From Hemiscyllium ocellatum (Eukaryota): a DNA stretch of 64,000 bases. Numbering within the stretch: position 1 is the first letter of the stretch; each line of letters starts with the position of its first letter. Location: NCBI RefSeq assembly GCF_020745735.1, contig NC_083426.1:20584001-20648000 (forward strand). The letters run 5' to 3'. Below, in pieces: positions 1 to 14,305 of the stretch. Below the pieces are notes generated by a model. The model made no database searches. It was not told the origin of the DNA and saw only the letters and a program-made list of their open reading frames with translations. The position numbers and the translations under genes are program-made.

Positions 1-426
1 TCTCAGGCATGACATTTGTGATGATAACTCAGCATCAGTGCTCCACACATTTTATGATGTTTCTGTGTTATTGTTGTTGGAATAGCTATACTATTGCAAT
101 GAAGGAAATACTGAATATATTAATGATCCCTGGATACATTATCTGAGATCAACATTGGACATTTGTGTCTGCTAGTTCTTTATAGTAGAAACCTTTGTAT
201 TGTAAATGAGCCTTAAAGAGCGATAGAGTTATCAATATAACTTACATATGGTCAGAGCATAACATTTCTTTATCAAATCAAATTCTTGCATCTGCAGACC
301 TAGTCCCCTGTTTTATGTTTTATGAGGTTATTGCTATTTTGATGCATTCATTTCTCTTTGATCCTTTGGAAGTCTAACTTGATCAGAGTACTAGCATTGC
401 CAAATGGTTAGTTTCTCTTTTTCTAG

Positions 427-500
427 GTACAAGATGGTGGGTGGAGCTTATCGGCAATGTACAGCTGAGGGATGGGATGGTGATGTCCCAACCTGTGAAC
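427..500 (+). CDS. Gene 1 exon b1 (second half of CCP)
   Basis: ttctag|G...gaac|gtaagt; 74 nt; YKMVGGAYRQCTAEGWDGDVPTCE. Confidence 0.92.
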
Positions 501-962
501 GTAAGTTATGTATAACTGTTTTGTGAAGTGACGCTTTGCTTTTCAATATCAGTAAAGCTGACTTCAATGTATTACGCTCTAGTGTTAGTTGACGTACAAA
601 TTGTCTTCCTGACAATATTTTGACATCCTTCAGCTTGGAATTCTGATTTCTTGTAATGGGAGGAAATATCTATTCAATGCTTTATTCAGCATTGTATTTT
701 AATGGAGCACAACTTGAAAAATGAGAAGTGAATGTTCATTAAATAAATTGTGCTCTGTGCAGATTTTTATTCACCTGTCTAAGTCCATACGGTCGTGTTT
801 TGCTGTGTGATGAGACACTCTTTTGAATATTATTGGAGCTGGAGTTGACACCAAGTGGTGTTTATGTCATGGGAGATCCACAGCAAGGAAATGGAGGAAG
901 ATAAAGGAAAAGTCAAGTTGACGTTAATAATTCATACTTTAATTGTATCAAAGTTCCAGAGT

Positions 963-2140
963 TGAAATGAGAGTGATAACTCTTGAGATCAAGGTTGCAT
1001 TTGACTGAATGTGGCATCAAGGAGCCCCAGCAAAAGTGGAATCAGTGGTTATCAGGGGACAAACTCGCTGGTGGTTGATGACATACCTGATACAAAGGAA
1101 AATGGTTGAGATTGTTGGAGGTTAGTCATCTCAGCTCCAGGACATCTCTGCAGGGGTTCCTCTGGGTAGAATCCTAGGCCAAACCTGCATCAGCTGCTTC
1201 ATCAGTGACCTACCCTCCATTGTAAGATCAGAAGTGGGAATGTTCGTCAATGATTGCACAATGTTCAACATCATTCATGCCTCCTCAGATACTGAAGTAG
1301 TCTGTGTCCAAATGCAATAAGATCAGGACAATATTCAGGCTAGGGCTGACCAGTGGTAAGTAGCATTCACACCACAAAAATGCCAGTCTATGATCATTAC
1401 CAATAAGAAACAAATCTGACCACCACTCCTTGACATCCAATAGTGTTATTATCTCTGAAGCCCCCACTATCAACATCCTGGGAGTTATCATTGACCAGAA
1501 ACTCAAATGGATTCCCCACATAAATGGAATGGCTACAAGAGCAGGTCAGAGGATAGGAACACTGTGGTGAGTAACTTTTCCTTCTGCCTCCCAAAAAGCA
1601 TGTTTACCATCTACAAGGCACAAGTCAGGAGTGTAATAAAATACACTCCACTTGCCTCGAGGAGTGCAGCTCCATCAACACTCGAGAAGCTTGACACCAT
1701 CCAGGACGAAGAAGCCCACCTGATTGGCACTGCATCCACAAGTATCCACTCGTTTCACCACTGATGTTCAGTAGCAACTGTGTGTGCTATCTACAAGATG
1801 CACTGCAGAAATTCCCTGAAGATCTTCAGACAGCACTTTCCAAACCCATGATTACTTTCATCTAGAAGAATAAAGGCAGCAGATATATGGAAGTACTACC
1901 ACCTTCAAGTTCCCTCCCAAGCCAGCCACCACCCTGACTTAGAAATATATCACTGTTCCTTAATGTCACTGGGTCAAACTACGGGAATTCCCTCCCAAAG
2001 GGCATTGTGCATCAACCTACAGCAGGTGAACTCCAGCAGTTCAAGAAGGCAGCTCAGCACCACCATCTCAATGGCAATTAGGGGCGGACAACAAATGCTG
2101 ACCAGCCAATGATGCCCAAACCTCACAAAATGAATAAATT
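963..2140 (+). mobile_element. Degenerate CR1/L2-group LINE (RT 3' part and 3' UTR)
   Basis: RT remnants (GVPxGxILG, TIYKAQVRSV, LDTIQ) with frameshifts; related 3' ends at ~23935-24300 (+) and ~13005-13265 (-). Confidence 0.75.
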
Positions 2141-2972
2141 TTAAAAAACTATTCTCTTCCTCTTCCATTCAAAATTAATTGTGATAATGTGTTGTGCCTG
2201 GCAGATCTAGTTTTCTTAGTGGTCTTATATTGTTGCTTTAGTTGGTGCTTGTGTGAAAGGAATAGATGCTAAAGAAGTGACAAGAATGGTGAATGACCAT
2301 AGTCATGTGGAGGCAAAGCAGATAATGCTGTGGGAATGGATATCCATGATCCTTCAGGTGAATAAGAGTAACATGAGAATCTGAATCACAATTCAAGAAA
2401 TGAGAGAGAGAGAGAGAATTGTGAACTGTGAGCTAGTTAGTCTAACATTAGTCATTGGGGGAAATGCTGCAAAATTTATGAACTCTTTTGAAAATTTCAA
2501 TAACACATTTAGAAAAATACAGTATGATCAAACCAAATCAGCATGGTTTTATTTAAAGGGAGTGGTGTGTGGCAAATCTATTAGCTATTGTTGAGGTTAT
2601 AACTATTGGGGTAGATTCTGGACTGTCAGTCAATGCAGAACACATGAATTTCAGCAAGATATTTATTAGGATGCCACATGTAAGGTTCATTAGCAATACA
2701 AAGATTCACAGAGTTGTTTCTTGGTTTAAAAAGTTCTAATGGACTTGTAACTCAGGACCAGATATTCTGATGGTCAGAATCAATGGAGCAATGTAAACTA
2801 GAGTTGCAAATTGAGAACATGTGGAATGCAGAGACTGCTGACTGTGGGAATTGCAAAGAAATTGACCTTTCGATGGACAAATCTCTTGCATCTGGAATAT
2901 TCTGAAAGAATGCATTCAAGTCAAAGAATTCTGAAAATGCTGTCTTACCTCAACGTAATTACCCAGGAGAAT

Positions 2973-3255
2973 AGGTGGCAGGGTAGCTCAGTGGTTAGCA
3001 CTGCTGCCTCACAGAGCCGGGGTCTCAGGTTTGATTCCAGCCTTGGGCGACTGTCTGTGTGGAGTTTCCTCTGGGTACTCTGGTTTCTTCCACATTCCAA
3101 AAATGTGCAGGTCAGGTGATTTGGTCATGCTAAATAGTCTGTAGTTGTCAGGTGCATTAATCAGAGGTAGGTGGGTTACTCTTCAAAGGATCAGTGTGGA
3201 CTTGTTGGGCTGAAGGGCCTGTTTCCACACTATAGGGAATTTAATCTAATCTAAT
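2973..3255 (+). mobile_element. tRNA-derived SINE (HE1/V-SINE type)
   Basis: A box (tagctcagtggttag), B box-like (ggtttgattcc), core ctgtctgtgtggagttt, (ctaat)n tail. Confidence 0.8.
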
Positions 3256-4209
3256 TGAGAGAATTAAAACCTGAGTCTAACTCTTGGATAAATGCAAACC
3301 TAACTTCACAACTGACCCCCAGGCTATACCCGTTTGCCCCCTATGCTGACACTCTCAATGTTCCTGAAGACCAGACCCAATTTTCAAGCACCAACTCACC
3401 TTTTTTCATACATGGCACTCTGGATCCAACACCATCTATGTTGCTTACATTGCCTAGGCTGACCCCTCCAGATCACAACCAGCCTGACCCTGCCTTTGAT
3501 TTACAAGCCTTGCTCCATACCAACCTGAGACTGCCGCCCCACCTCATACCCAACAAACAAGACTTCCGGCCTGATGTTTACCAGACAAGCTAAACATCCA
3601 CCAGAGATCTGAACCAAACATCCAACATGGGACCTGATGGGGCATGTTGGTGAGGGAGGGTTGTTCGCTGTCAAGGTGCAATTGTTAGGTGGACATTCAC
3701 ACTGACCAATGAAATGCCAATAGGATAATGAATAATCACCCACATACTCTTCAGACTTCACATCATCTACTGCCACGATAAGGATGCATAGAACAGAACT
3801 CGAATGTCTTCTAATTTTCATAATTTTTTTGTAAAGGGACTCTTAAATATTTTTGTCCTCCATGGCTACTAATCCCAAGCGTTTAGTTTTTATATGGATA
3901 CCTAACATTGGCTGGAATTTAATGGATCCCAGAAAAATGTGAATGGGTGTGGGGGTATTATGTCCAAATATTCTCCAATGAATGCTCCCTACTCCAGACA
4001 CCTGTGTTCTGCGATTCAACATAGATCCTCAGGCTGGGCATTGGAACATTCATAGGAGCAGCCACTGCTCCTGGTAGATATGCTGCCAATGGAAATCTGC
4101 CATTCTCTGTCTGGCTGCTAGTGGGCAGGGAAACTTCTACACTCAAGAAATTGGGTACATGGAAGGGCCCAAGTTAGCCAAAGAAAGCTCTTCTATCAAA
4201 TTAGACCTA

Positions 4210-4468
4210 TTCCATGGAAGTGACGAGAGGTTCAGAATAGTTCACCCATGTATGGAATGAGTTGCCAGAGAAAGTGGTGGAGGCTGGTACAATTGCAACA
4301 TTTAAGAGGCATTTAGATGGATATATGAATAGGAAGGGTTTGGCGGGATATGGGCCGTGTGCTGGCAGGTGGGACTAGATTGGGTTGGGATATCTGGTTG
4401 GAATGGACAGGTTGGACCGAAGGGTCTGTTTTCATGCTGTACATCTTTATGATTCTATGACTCTATAA
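4210..4468 (+). mobile_element. CR1 LINE 3' end
   Basis: WNELPEKVVEAG remnant and tatgattctatgactctat tail. Confidence 0.8.
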
Positions 4469-4749
4469 CTGATGCTGAAGATTCTGGTTATAGAATGAAA
4501 TCAGTCCATTGTGTTCTTGTATTGCTGTTGAGGATTGATGTTGTCTATTAGTGTCCAGATAGTGTGAGGGTCTGTAGATAATACCATAAAAACTGGAGAA
4601 TAAATTCCAAATTTAAGGTAACTTGATAATCTGAACAGTTATGTAATTGTATATTTCATCTTCATGTTAACAAGCTGTGGAAAAAAAACTGATTGGGATT
4701 TTGGATTTTTCTGATAATGCTGCTCCTTCTCATTTTATTTTCTGTATAG

Positions 4750-4846
4750 CAATAAACTGTGGAAACCCTGGTTCAATTCTGCATGGATATTATAAAGCAC
4801 CAAAATGGACAGTTGGAAGTAATGCTACTTTTTATTGTGACATTGG
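4750..4846 (+). CDS. Gene 1 exon a2 (first half of CCP)
   Basis: tatag|ca...gg|gtgagt; 97 nt; INCGNPGSILHGYYKAPKWTVGSNATFYCDIG. Confidence 0.92.
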
Positions 4847-5713
4847 GTGAGTCTTCAGGATATAACTCACTGAATGATTTTAATGAAGCACTGTGCTATT
4901 GTAAAGTAGTAATTGAGACAGTGTTGGATGACCTCATTCATTGCATTTCTCATGGAAGCTCTTCATATTAACTCTTAGTGAGGCTTCCTTCCTATGGGTT
5001 CAAACATCACGTTAAACAAAACCATTGGTAATGATCAAGGTGGAAATTGTTAGTGTTAGAATTTTAATTTTAATGTGAAAATAAAACTGTTAGATCTATT
5101 ATCAGTGGGAACATCCATAAGCCAGGCCACAAACCAAGTGTCCCTTGATGATGTTTCTACAAAAATGTAGAGTTATGTTAGAGTCAGCAGGACATTGAAT
5201 TTGAATTAGAATTAGGTTTTATTGTCACATGTACTCAAGGACAGAGATACTGGAAAGTGTACAAAGTTGTCATTTCTGGTGCCAACTTTGGTACAAAAAT
5301 GCTTAGGTGCAAAATCTTAGGTATAAATTAGAAAAATATAGGAATAATATTAAAAGTTAGCATTATAATCTTTCTAAAGCAGAGAAAGAGAGAAATGGAA
5401 TAAAAGCAGATAGGTTTGCATGGGGCTTCACCTTGAAGCCATGGGCTGTCAGTGGGCCTCATTTCGAGTCTGTGCTATGTTAATGTTTTGCATTTGCGCT
5501 GTACTTTTATGAAGTTTTTTTAAACAGCAATGCAGCTGCATTTGATTCCTATTTCATTGTTCTGTTACCCTAGAACAATGTTTGATTTATTTTCTTTGTT
5601 GACAGTTGAATAAATTTTTCTTTGATGATCCTCAGAACTCCTACATAGATAATGACACTTTTTTTTCAGTTAATCTTCATGTCAGATGACTGGTGGCTTG
5701 CCTTTTTTTTTAG

Positions 5714-5787
5714 ATACAAACTAATTGGCAGAAATTATAGACAGTGTACAGTTGATGGTTGGGACGGTACGGTTCCATCCTGTGAAT
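5714..5787 (+). CDS. Gene 1 exon b2
   Basis: 74 nt, AG/GT; YKLIGRNYRQCTVDGWDGTVPSCE. Confidence 0.92.
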
Positions 5788-7176
5788 GTAAGTTATGTTT
5801 CCTTTTTATATTTCTCTATTTTGTAAAGTGACTGGGCTGCATGTCTGAAAAAAAATGATTGAATTAGTTACAGTGAGTCATCATGGCCCATGACCAAATT
5901 TTGTTTCTTACACTGTTTTGACATTCTTAAGCCTGGATTTATTTCTTTGAATCAGAGAAAAAAAAGTATTCATTGCTTTTTCATTCACATTACATTTGTA
6001 AAAAATCATTGCAGGTATACTAAGCAATGACCAGTTATCAAATCGTCCCTACTCTTTCCAGAAGAACATATTTTTCTACCTGATCACCATGTTAATTTGG
6101 AGTAAAAAAAACTGAATTTCGGTGGGTGAAGGAAAACTTAGGATGTACTCATTTTAGTTGCATTTGGAATTAGCAATTTGGGTCCATAGAAATTAAAGGC
6201 ACAGGAAATTATCCAATTGATGCTAATTATCCATGTTTAAATTATACAGAGGGTGTCAACCAGATTTGAGTATTGTGGGGCACATCTAGGGTTTGCCATC
6301 AGGGCAGTCTATGGATTATTGTCAGCTGTATCTGGGGAAAGGAGGGAATGTTATCAGCTGGGCCCAGAGGTCAGTCCTATCAGCCAACCCCATGAATTCT
6401 CAGTTGTGGAATTGGAGAATTTCATTGGTCTGGGCCGGGCACAGATGTCTGCTGTGGGATGGTGGGGGTCAAAGCAGAAGACTGATAGAGTTGTGGATTG
6501 AAAAACTTGAGAACAATTATTCCTGAGCCCATCAGATGTCATTTGAGCATCAGAGATTGAATGGGATATGTGTGACTCTCCCTTGACTCATGAAAGCAGC
6601 CCAGCAAATGCTGCAGTCTTGTTATGGCATTCCCTCATTGTCAGCCACACAATGGCCAGTCATGGGGCCCAGTGTAAGAAGGGAAGCCCATTGAAAGCAA
6701 TTTCAATGCCCTTCCTTGTGACTCACTGCACACAATTCTCTAGTGACTAATTCGACACATCACCATTCCAACCCCTATTCACATCATGGTGTCCTCAGAT
6801 TCAAATGAGATCCTTTTTCTGGGTCCTGGTGCATGAATGGCAGCAGCCATCAATTACAGAGACACTTCCAGCAATGTTCTGCTGCTTAGCATTGGCTCAA
6901 AAAAATGGATACGTAATATATATATAATGATGACTTGCTGTTGAAGATTGGTGCAGGTCCGTTTATATTACTTTGCAGATGGACAGCAGCTTGTTATTCT
7001 GAGGTTTTACAGATCAAGAAAATGTTTTCATTTTGTATTGCCATATTCCTGAAAATTGAATTTATAATTTAGGATAACCAGATTTTGTTGTCAATGTCAT
7101 TGTGCTCTTCATGTTTGTGTTAAATATTTCAGTGAAAGATGTTGTTGTCGAGTTTGGAGTTTTGTTTCAAGCTAAT

Positions 7177-7545
7177 AAGTCATAGAGTCATAAAGCATGG
7201 AAACAGACCCTTCAGTCCATGCCAAACATAATGCCAAACTAAACTATTCCCACCTATCTGTTCCTGGCCCATATCCCTCCAGACTTTTCCTATTCATGTA
7301 AGTAAACAAATGTCTTCTAAACATTTGTAATTGTACCTACATTCACCACTTTCTCAGGAAGTTCATTCCACATGCAAACCACACTGTGTAAAAATCATTG
7401 TCCCTCATGTCTTGTTTAAAACTCTCTCCTCGCACCTTAAGAATATGTCCCCTTGTCTTGAAATTCCCCATCCTATGGAAAAGACAACCACCATTAACTC
7501 TATTATACCCTTTATTATTTTATAAACTTCTACCAGGTTGCTTTG
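7177..7545 (-). mobile_element. CR1 LINE 3' end
   Basis: (agtcatag)n tail, similar to 13361-13950. Confidence 0.75.
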
Positions 7546-7785
7546 AGAGTTTGGTTTAGTGCATCACAAAGATCTTCACCTTGTCCTAACATTTCCTAAG
7601 CCGTGTATAAATATTACCAGATCTCCCTGATCCTGCAATCCCTTTGTTACGGTGTCATTTCCTTTCAGTTCAATCATCAAACTGTCTGATTGAAAAACCC
7701 TACAATATGTGGAGCTCACTAAGACACTTTAACCACTCATCTGAGGCTCAAGAATCAACATTATCTTATTGTATTTCCTGTGCAG

Positions 7786-7882
7786 CAATAACCTGTGGTA
7801 ACCCTGGGGAGATTCTGAATGGACATTATCAGACACCAAATGATACAGTTGGAAATAAAGTGTTTTATTATTGTGACTTTGG
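7786..7882 (+). CDS. Gene 1 exon a3
   Basis: 97 nt, AG/GT; ITCGNPGEILNGHYQTPNDTVGNKVFYYCDFG. Confidence 0.92.
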
Positions 7883-8491
7883 GTGAGTGTTCAGTCAATA
7901 AATTAGTGAAATTATTTTGTTGCAAGTCTATTATTTTAATGCTATAATTATAGCATATAATATTTGTTATTATAATTATAACAAATTCAGATTGCCATCT
8001 CTGGTGCATGACATTTCTGACAGGGTTGAGTATATGGGCTGTGATTGGATTTTCCAGTTTAGTGTTGAACTGAGAATTTTGAAAATAAGAGCTATTTGGA
8101 ATATTATTGTGCAGTTGGAAATGATGAATGTGTTAATGGTCCCTAAATGAATAATCTGAGATCAACACTGGACATCAGAGTCTTCTGGTTTATCAACTGT
8201 TTAAATTATATTGTACATCAGCTCTAAAATGAGCTAGATGCATTAATATTTTTTCTGTGCACTGTCACTTGATCAAGTCTGACCAGCCCTTATTACTTTA
8301 GCAAAAACAAAACTGTATCTGATTCATTCATTAATCTGTGGATCTCATCTCATTTTTTAAAGATATTTCCAAGTTTGTTGCTATTTAGGTAGATTTATAT
8401 GTCTTTGGACCTTTTACATTTAGTCAGTGAATAAGTATTATCAAAGTGAACTCCAGCTATTAATACAAGTGATTTGCTTCTCCTTTTCTAG

Positions 8492-8565
8492 ATACAAGAT
8501 AGTGGGTAGAGATTATCAACAGTGTACAGCTGAGGGTTGGGATGATGACGTTCCATCCTGTGAAC
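8492..8565 (+). CDS. Gene 1 exon b3
   Basis: 74 nt, AG/GT; YKIVGRDYQQCTAEGWDDDVPSCE. Confidence 0.92.
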
Positions 8566-9670
8566 GTAAGTTATAGTTCCTTCCTTTATAAAGCAACTGA
8601 TCTGCTGGTTAGTGCTAAATGATTGGCCTGCTTCCAATTAATTTTTTTGTAGTGTTGGTTGGCATCCAAACTTTCTTCCCTTCAGTAGCCTGATATCTTG
8701 TAGATTGGAGTTCTGATTTCCTGGAATGGGAGAGAAAATTAGCTCAAAGCTTTATTCAGTGTTGCATATTAAAGTATATAGTGTGTGAAATGAGAAATGA
8801 CCAGCCAGCAAATCAATCCTGCTCCCTCTAAAGACTTTACTCTTTTGTCCTAGCTCAAATGATAGCGTTGGAACAAGGAGTTGAGTTCTGGTGTGAAATG
8901 AGAAGTTCAAAGCTACTAATGTTAGTGGGGTACAAGTTGATAGACAGTGGTTGGGGGGACTTGGGGATTTCGGGGGAAGAAAATGGAAGCCAAAGGCGAA
9001 GTATAATCAGTGTTCCTAGTCCATTAACATTTTCTTCCATCCTTATTTAAAGATTCTACTTTGACTTTACCACACTGAATTAGTTGTCTTCTTGCAACCA
9101 AAGGGCAAGTTGCATTAATTGACGTTTGAGTGAAATTAAAAGACTTTATTGAAGCAACTCAACAAAAAAGGTGTAAGGTTTGGTGGTGGTGCTGAGGCAA
9201 AACAGATAATACTGTGAAATTGGAAGTAAGTAATCTTTTGAGGTGGATGTGAACCTTGGAAGATATTTCCTAATTTTTGTGATCCCAAGCCCTTGAAATA
9301 ATGGAAACGTTTGAATTAATATTTTTGAATAAACTTTATGATAGTGAATAACGTTCATAGACACATATATATACTTCTGTTCCTCCTTGTCTCTTTGTCA
9401 CCATTTAGTAAGTAAGTTAGTGAAGATTGGTGCTGGTTCATACATAGTGCTACTGAAGCAAAGGTTCCTGTTGTTTCAAAGTTTTGTGGACTAAGTGAAA
9501 ATCCTCCAATTGTGAAAATTAATTTACTAAGTAAGAATAACTTGGCACTGTGGACAGGTTTTATTGTAGCTATTCATCTTCATGCTAAGTATCTGTGAAA
9601 TGAAAGAAACTGTTGCAGATTTTGAAGGTTTGTAACGTTTCTACCTGTTGTCATTTTATTTTGTGTTCAG

Positions 9671-9767
9671 CGATAACCTGTGGCAACCCTGGTGAGATAT
9701 TGAATGGATATTATAATGCACCAAATAAGACAGTTGGAAATAAAGCTACCTTTTATTGTGATAGAGG
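9671..9767 (+). CDS. Gene 1 exon a4
   Basis: 97 nt, AG/GT; ITCGNPGEILNGYYNAPNKTVGNKATFYCDRG. Confidence 0.92.
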
Positions 9768-10151
9768 GTGAGTATTCAATAGATAAATTATTAATGGATT
9801 GTATTACTTTAATGTTGTGATGAAAGCAATTTTGATGCCTGTCCGTATCTTGATCTTGATATTTCTGATCATGTCACTTCAGGTCATTCAGAGTAAGGCT
9901 GATTCTTTCATTACTTGATCAACTTAATTTTGTAAAGGAATATAAAATGTGATGTGACATGGCAAACATTTGGCAAATAGAGTAACATTTGGGAAAATGT
10001 TCACCTTTTACTTGATGTTTTAAAAATAGTTTCTTGTTATTTTAATAGACTTTTCCTCTTTGGACCTTGGAATTCATGCCTGGTTAGTAAATTGGAATAT
10101 TTTGCCAGTTATCCAGAAGAACATTGATAATAGCTGGTTTTATTTTACTAG

Positions 10152-10225
10152 GTACACAATTCTGGGTAATGGTTATCGGAAATGCACACCAGAGGGTTGG
10201 GATGGTGAGGTTCCATCCTGTGAAC
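10152..10225 (+). CDS. Gene 1 exon b4
   Basis: 74 nt, AG/GT; YTILGNGYRKCTPEGWDGEVPSCE. Confidence 0.92.
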
Positions 10226-11252
10226 GTAAGTTATATTTCCCTGATTGGTAAAGTAACTGATCTGCATATCTGTACCAAATGATTGATCCACTTTCAATAA
10301 AATATAGTACAGTGCTGGTTTATGTCCTAGTTTTATTCCATACAATAGTATGACATCATATAACTTAAAATTCTATCCTTTTGGGATAAAGCAAAAATAT
10401 TTTTTGCTTTAATTCACATTGAATTGAATTGAATCGAATCATCCCATGAGAATATGATGGAGGCTTCGGGTTACTCAAATTTATCAAATTTATTTATCAA
10501 ATCGACAGGCATTGTTAGTTCATCTGTGGGAGATCTAGGAGGTAGACTTGGAAGAATCTGTACTTAGGATGTTATTTAACTTCATCTCAGCATGCCTCTT
10601 GAAGTCCCTGAGGATAGTGGGTATGTTGGCATGGAGATATATGGGCAAAGATTGGTGAGGGGAAGTGTATGACAGGCACTAAGTTAACACAGGAGCGATA
10701 AAGGAACATGGGAATGCATGGAGTGATATGATTTAACAGGGACATTTTGAGGAGGCCATGAGGTCATGAGTAGTGGGCATTGGTTGTCATGGAGAGTAGG
10801 AGGGAATTGCAGAATATATGGATGGCATAGTTTGTCGTGGTTGGAGGATGGAATGTGTGTGGGACATGAGGGAGAATGATCATTGTGGGCTACTAGATTT
10901 TACTGAATTTATTATAATTAGGATCTAATCCAAGAGAACCAAGACCAAGCTTACAACCAGTCAGCTTTGGAACTTTGCAGTTGACTGGCATTCTCTCAAC
11001 TGTTTTTGGGAGTTAAAAAAGAACTAAAGAACTGCAGAACTAGAAATCAGAAACAAAAGCATGCATTTGAATCCCATTGTGGCAAATGGTGAAATTTTAA
11101 TTCAATAAATAGAAACTGGGAAGTTTAAAAAGATGTTACACCAGGAAGCTAAAAAGTTAGCTAATAAATGCTGGTGAAATCAGAGATGTCCACACGTCAG
11201 AGGTTTTGGAGTTATGTTGCATTTCTCTCTTCTCATTTTATTTTCCATGCAG

Positions 11253-11349
11253 CCATAAGTTGTGGTAACCCTGGGAAAATTCTGAATGGACATTACAAGG
11301 AGGCAAATGAGACACTTGGAAATAAAGTTATTTTTTATTGTGACTTTGG
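11253..11349 (+). CDS. Gene 1 exon a5
   Basis: 97 nt, AG/GT; ISCGNPGKILNGHYKEANETLGNKVIFYCDFG. Confidence 0.92.
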
Positions 11350-11951
11350 GTGAGTATTCAATTCATAAATTACTGAACAGATTTTGGTGATGGACAGTAC
11401 TATTTTAATGCTGTGATTAAGACAACTTCAGACAGCCATCTCTCATGCATGACATTTCTGATGATGACTCAGAATGAGAGCTCTGAGTGACTATTCTAGT
11501 TTAGCATTGAATTGACAATTCTTCTTCAAAAATCTATATTGCTACAATGTTTCTATGATGTTATTGCTGGAGTTGCTATATTAATGCAAAAATTGAAGTA
11601 CTAACTATACTAATGATTCCTGGTCTACTATCTAAGATCAACACTGGATATTTGTGTTTGCTGGTTCCTCATAAATGATTAAATCAGCTCTAAAGAGAGT
11701 TAAGAGCATCAATATTTCTCCTGTGCATTGTAATCAATATATGATCAGAGCAATTTTTTATCAATTCAAAGTGTATTTGTTTCCTTCATGAATTTGTGGA
11801 CATAGTACCATGTTTTATATTTTATAAAGTTTAATGAAATTTTGATAGATTTATTTTTCTTTGGACCTTTAGAATTCTACCTTGGTCAATCGACTAAATA
11901 AAATCAAATTAACTTTCCAGTTCCTAAAACAAATGGTTTCTCTTTTTCTAG

Positions 11952-12025
11952 ATACAAGTTGGTGGGTAGAACTTATCTTCAATGCACAGCTGAGGGGTGG
12001 GATGGTGATGTCCCATCCTGTGAAT
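11952..12025 (+). CDS. Gene 1 exon b5
   Basis: 74 nt, AG/GT; YKLVGRTYLQCTAEGWDGDVPSCE. Confidence 0.92.
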
Positions 12026-13360
12026 GTAAGTTATATTTCACTGTTTTGTAAAGTGATTGCCTTCTTGTTAATGCTCATTGATTGACTCACTTCAATGCAT
12101 CACTTTCATGGTCGATTGGCATCCAAATGTTCTTCCCTACAGTATTTTGACATTTGGAATTCTGAATTATTGTAATGGGAAAAAAACATCAGTTGAATGC
12201 TTTAATCAACATTGCATTTAAAGGAACAAAATGAGGAAATGAGAAATGGCCATTCGTTAAATCAACCCTGTCTTTCCAGAAGATCTTACTCTTCTGCCGG
12301 AGTTCAAATGATAACGTTGGATTGAGAACATGGCTTTTGGCATATGATGAGACATTTATGAGCTTTTAATGTTAGTGGAGTGTGACTTGGCAGCAAATTG
12401 TGTTTAAGGCATGGGAGATCCGTAGGAAAGGAAAAGTTGAGTCAATGTTAATGATCCATACTTTAATCATTCCCCAAATCTCTTCTCTTCCTCTTCCATT
12501 CCATTTATGTCTGTGCCTGACAGATTTAATTGTGTTGATGTTGCCAAAACTGTTGCATCAATTGATGCTTAAGTGGTAGAAATAGATATTAATGAGTGAC
12601 AAGAATGGCGGATGATGATAGTGGTGATGATGCTCTGGAAATGGAAATCCATGATTATCAAGGTGTATTGGAGAGTTTGACATCATTTCATCACTAGTTT
12701 TGCATGTCAGTTCAAGGAAGGAGAGAGAGAGAAAATTGTGAACTGTGAGTCGGTTAGTCTATTGGTAAAATGCTGAAAATTTTAAGGATGACTTAACAAC
12801 ACTGAGAAAGTCATAATGTGATGAGAACAAGTCAACGCAGTGTTTCTAAATGGTAATCCTATTTTGAATATATTTTCAGAGTTTGGGAAGATGTAACTAT
12901 TGGGGTAAATATCTGGCTTCTAGTCAATGAAGAATACATGGATTTTCAAAAAGCATATTATAGCATGCCACACAAGGTATAAGCAAGATAACCAAGATAG
13001 GGGTTCATGAAGCTGTCACTGTGAAATTCATCAAGGCTCCTTAGACAGCACGTTCCAAATCCCAGCCATATCATCCCTCGCTAGCACAGTCAGAATCCTG
13101 GAACTTCCTCCTTAACAGCATTGTAAATGTATCTGCACAAAATCTATTACAGTCATTCAAAAAGACCATATGGTTTTCCACCTTCTTCTCCAGGATGATT
13201 AGGGATGAGCAATGAATGCTGTCCCAGCCAATGAAAGCCACATTCCCTGAATGAATAAATAAATTCACATTGATTTCATATTGCATCTTTGCCTGGGTTT
13301 TCAGTGACACTTAAATACCTAAAACTTGTAATCTCTCACCATTCAATGAGTGGCTGAAGG

Positions 13361-13950
13361 TAGAGTCATAGAGTCATAGAGATGTACAGAATGGAAACAG
13401 ACCCTTCGGTCCAACCCGTCCATGCCGACCAGGTATCCCAACCCAATCTAGTCCCACCTGCCAGCACCCGGCCCATATCCCTCCAAACCCTTCCTATTCA
13501 TATACCCATTCAAATATCTTTTAAGTGTTACAATTTTACTAGCCTCCACCACTTCTTCTCGTAGCTCATTCCATACACGTACCACCCTCTGCACGAAAAA
13601 GTTGCCCCTAGGTGTCTTTCCCCTCTCACCCTAAACCTATACCCTCTATTCTGGACTCCCCGACTCCAGAGAAAAGACTTTGCCTATTTACCCTATCCAT
13701 GCCTCTCATAATTTTGTAAACCTCTATAAGGTCACCCTCAACCTCCGACAATCCAGGGAAAACAGCCCCAGCCTGTTCAGCCTCTCCCTATATCTCAAAT
13801 CCTCCAACCCTGGCAACATCCTTGTAAATCTTTTCTGAACCCCTTCAAGTTTCAGAACATCTTTCTGATAGGAAGGAGACCAGAACTGCATGCAATATTC
13901 CAACAGTGGCCTAACCAATGTCCTGTACAGCTGCAACATGACCTCCCAAC
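13361..13950 (-). mobile_element. CR1 LINE 3' fragment
   Basis: ORF LYRTLVRPLLEYCMQFWSP...LEGVQKRFTRMLPG; (tagagtca)n tail. Confidence 0.9.
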
Positions 13951-14208
13951 GATGGTGTAGGTCACCTCATTGTGTTATTGAAATCAGACTGAGACCTAGT
14001 GTAAGGTATTGCAAATTGAGAGGAAGGCTTGCATTGTATTGCCATCATTTTGAAAAATGAATTCCAAAATCAGGCTAATTTGTTTAATTGACAATTTTGT
14101 TGTGTCTGTTCATCATCATTTTAAATATCTGCAAACCAAAATGAAGAGAAGAGTGTACAGATTTTGGTGTATTGTAACAGAACCACATTTCTCATATTTC
14201 CTCTGTAG

Positions 14209-14305
14209 CAATAACATGTGGTAACCCTGGAGAGATCCTGAATGGATATTACAGTGCTCCAAATAAAACATTTGGAAACATGGTTCATTTTTATTGTGAT
14301 ATTGG
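14209..14305 (+). CDS. Gene 1 exon a6
   Basis: 97 nt, AG/GT; ITCGNPGEILNGYYSAPNKTFGNMVHFYCDIG. Confidence 0.92.

Noticed and set aside
2973-3050. tRNA gene
   Set aside because: It is the tRNA-derived head of a SINE, followed by a SINE core and tail.
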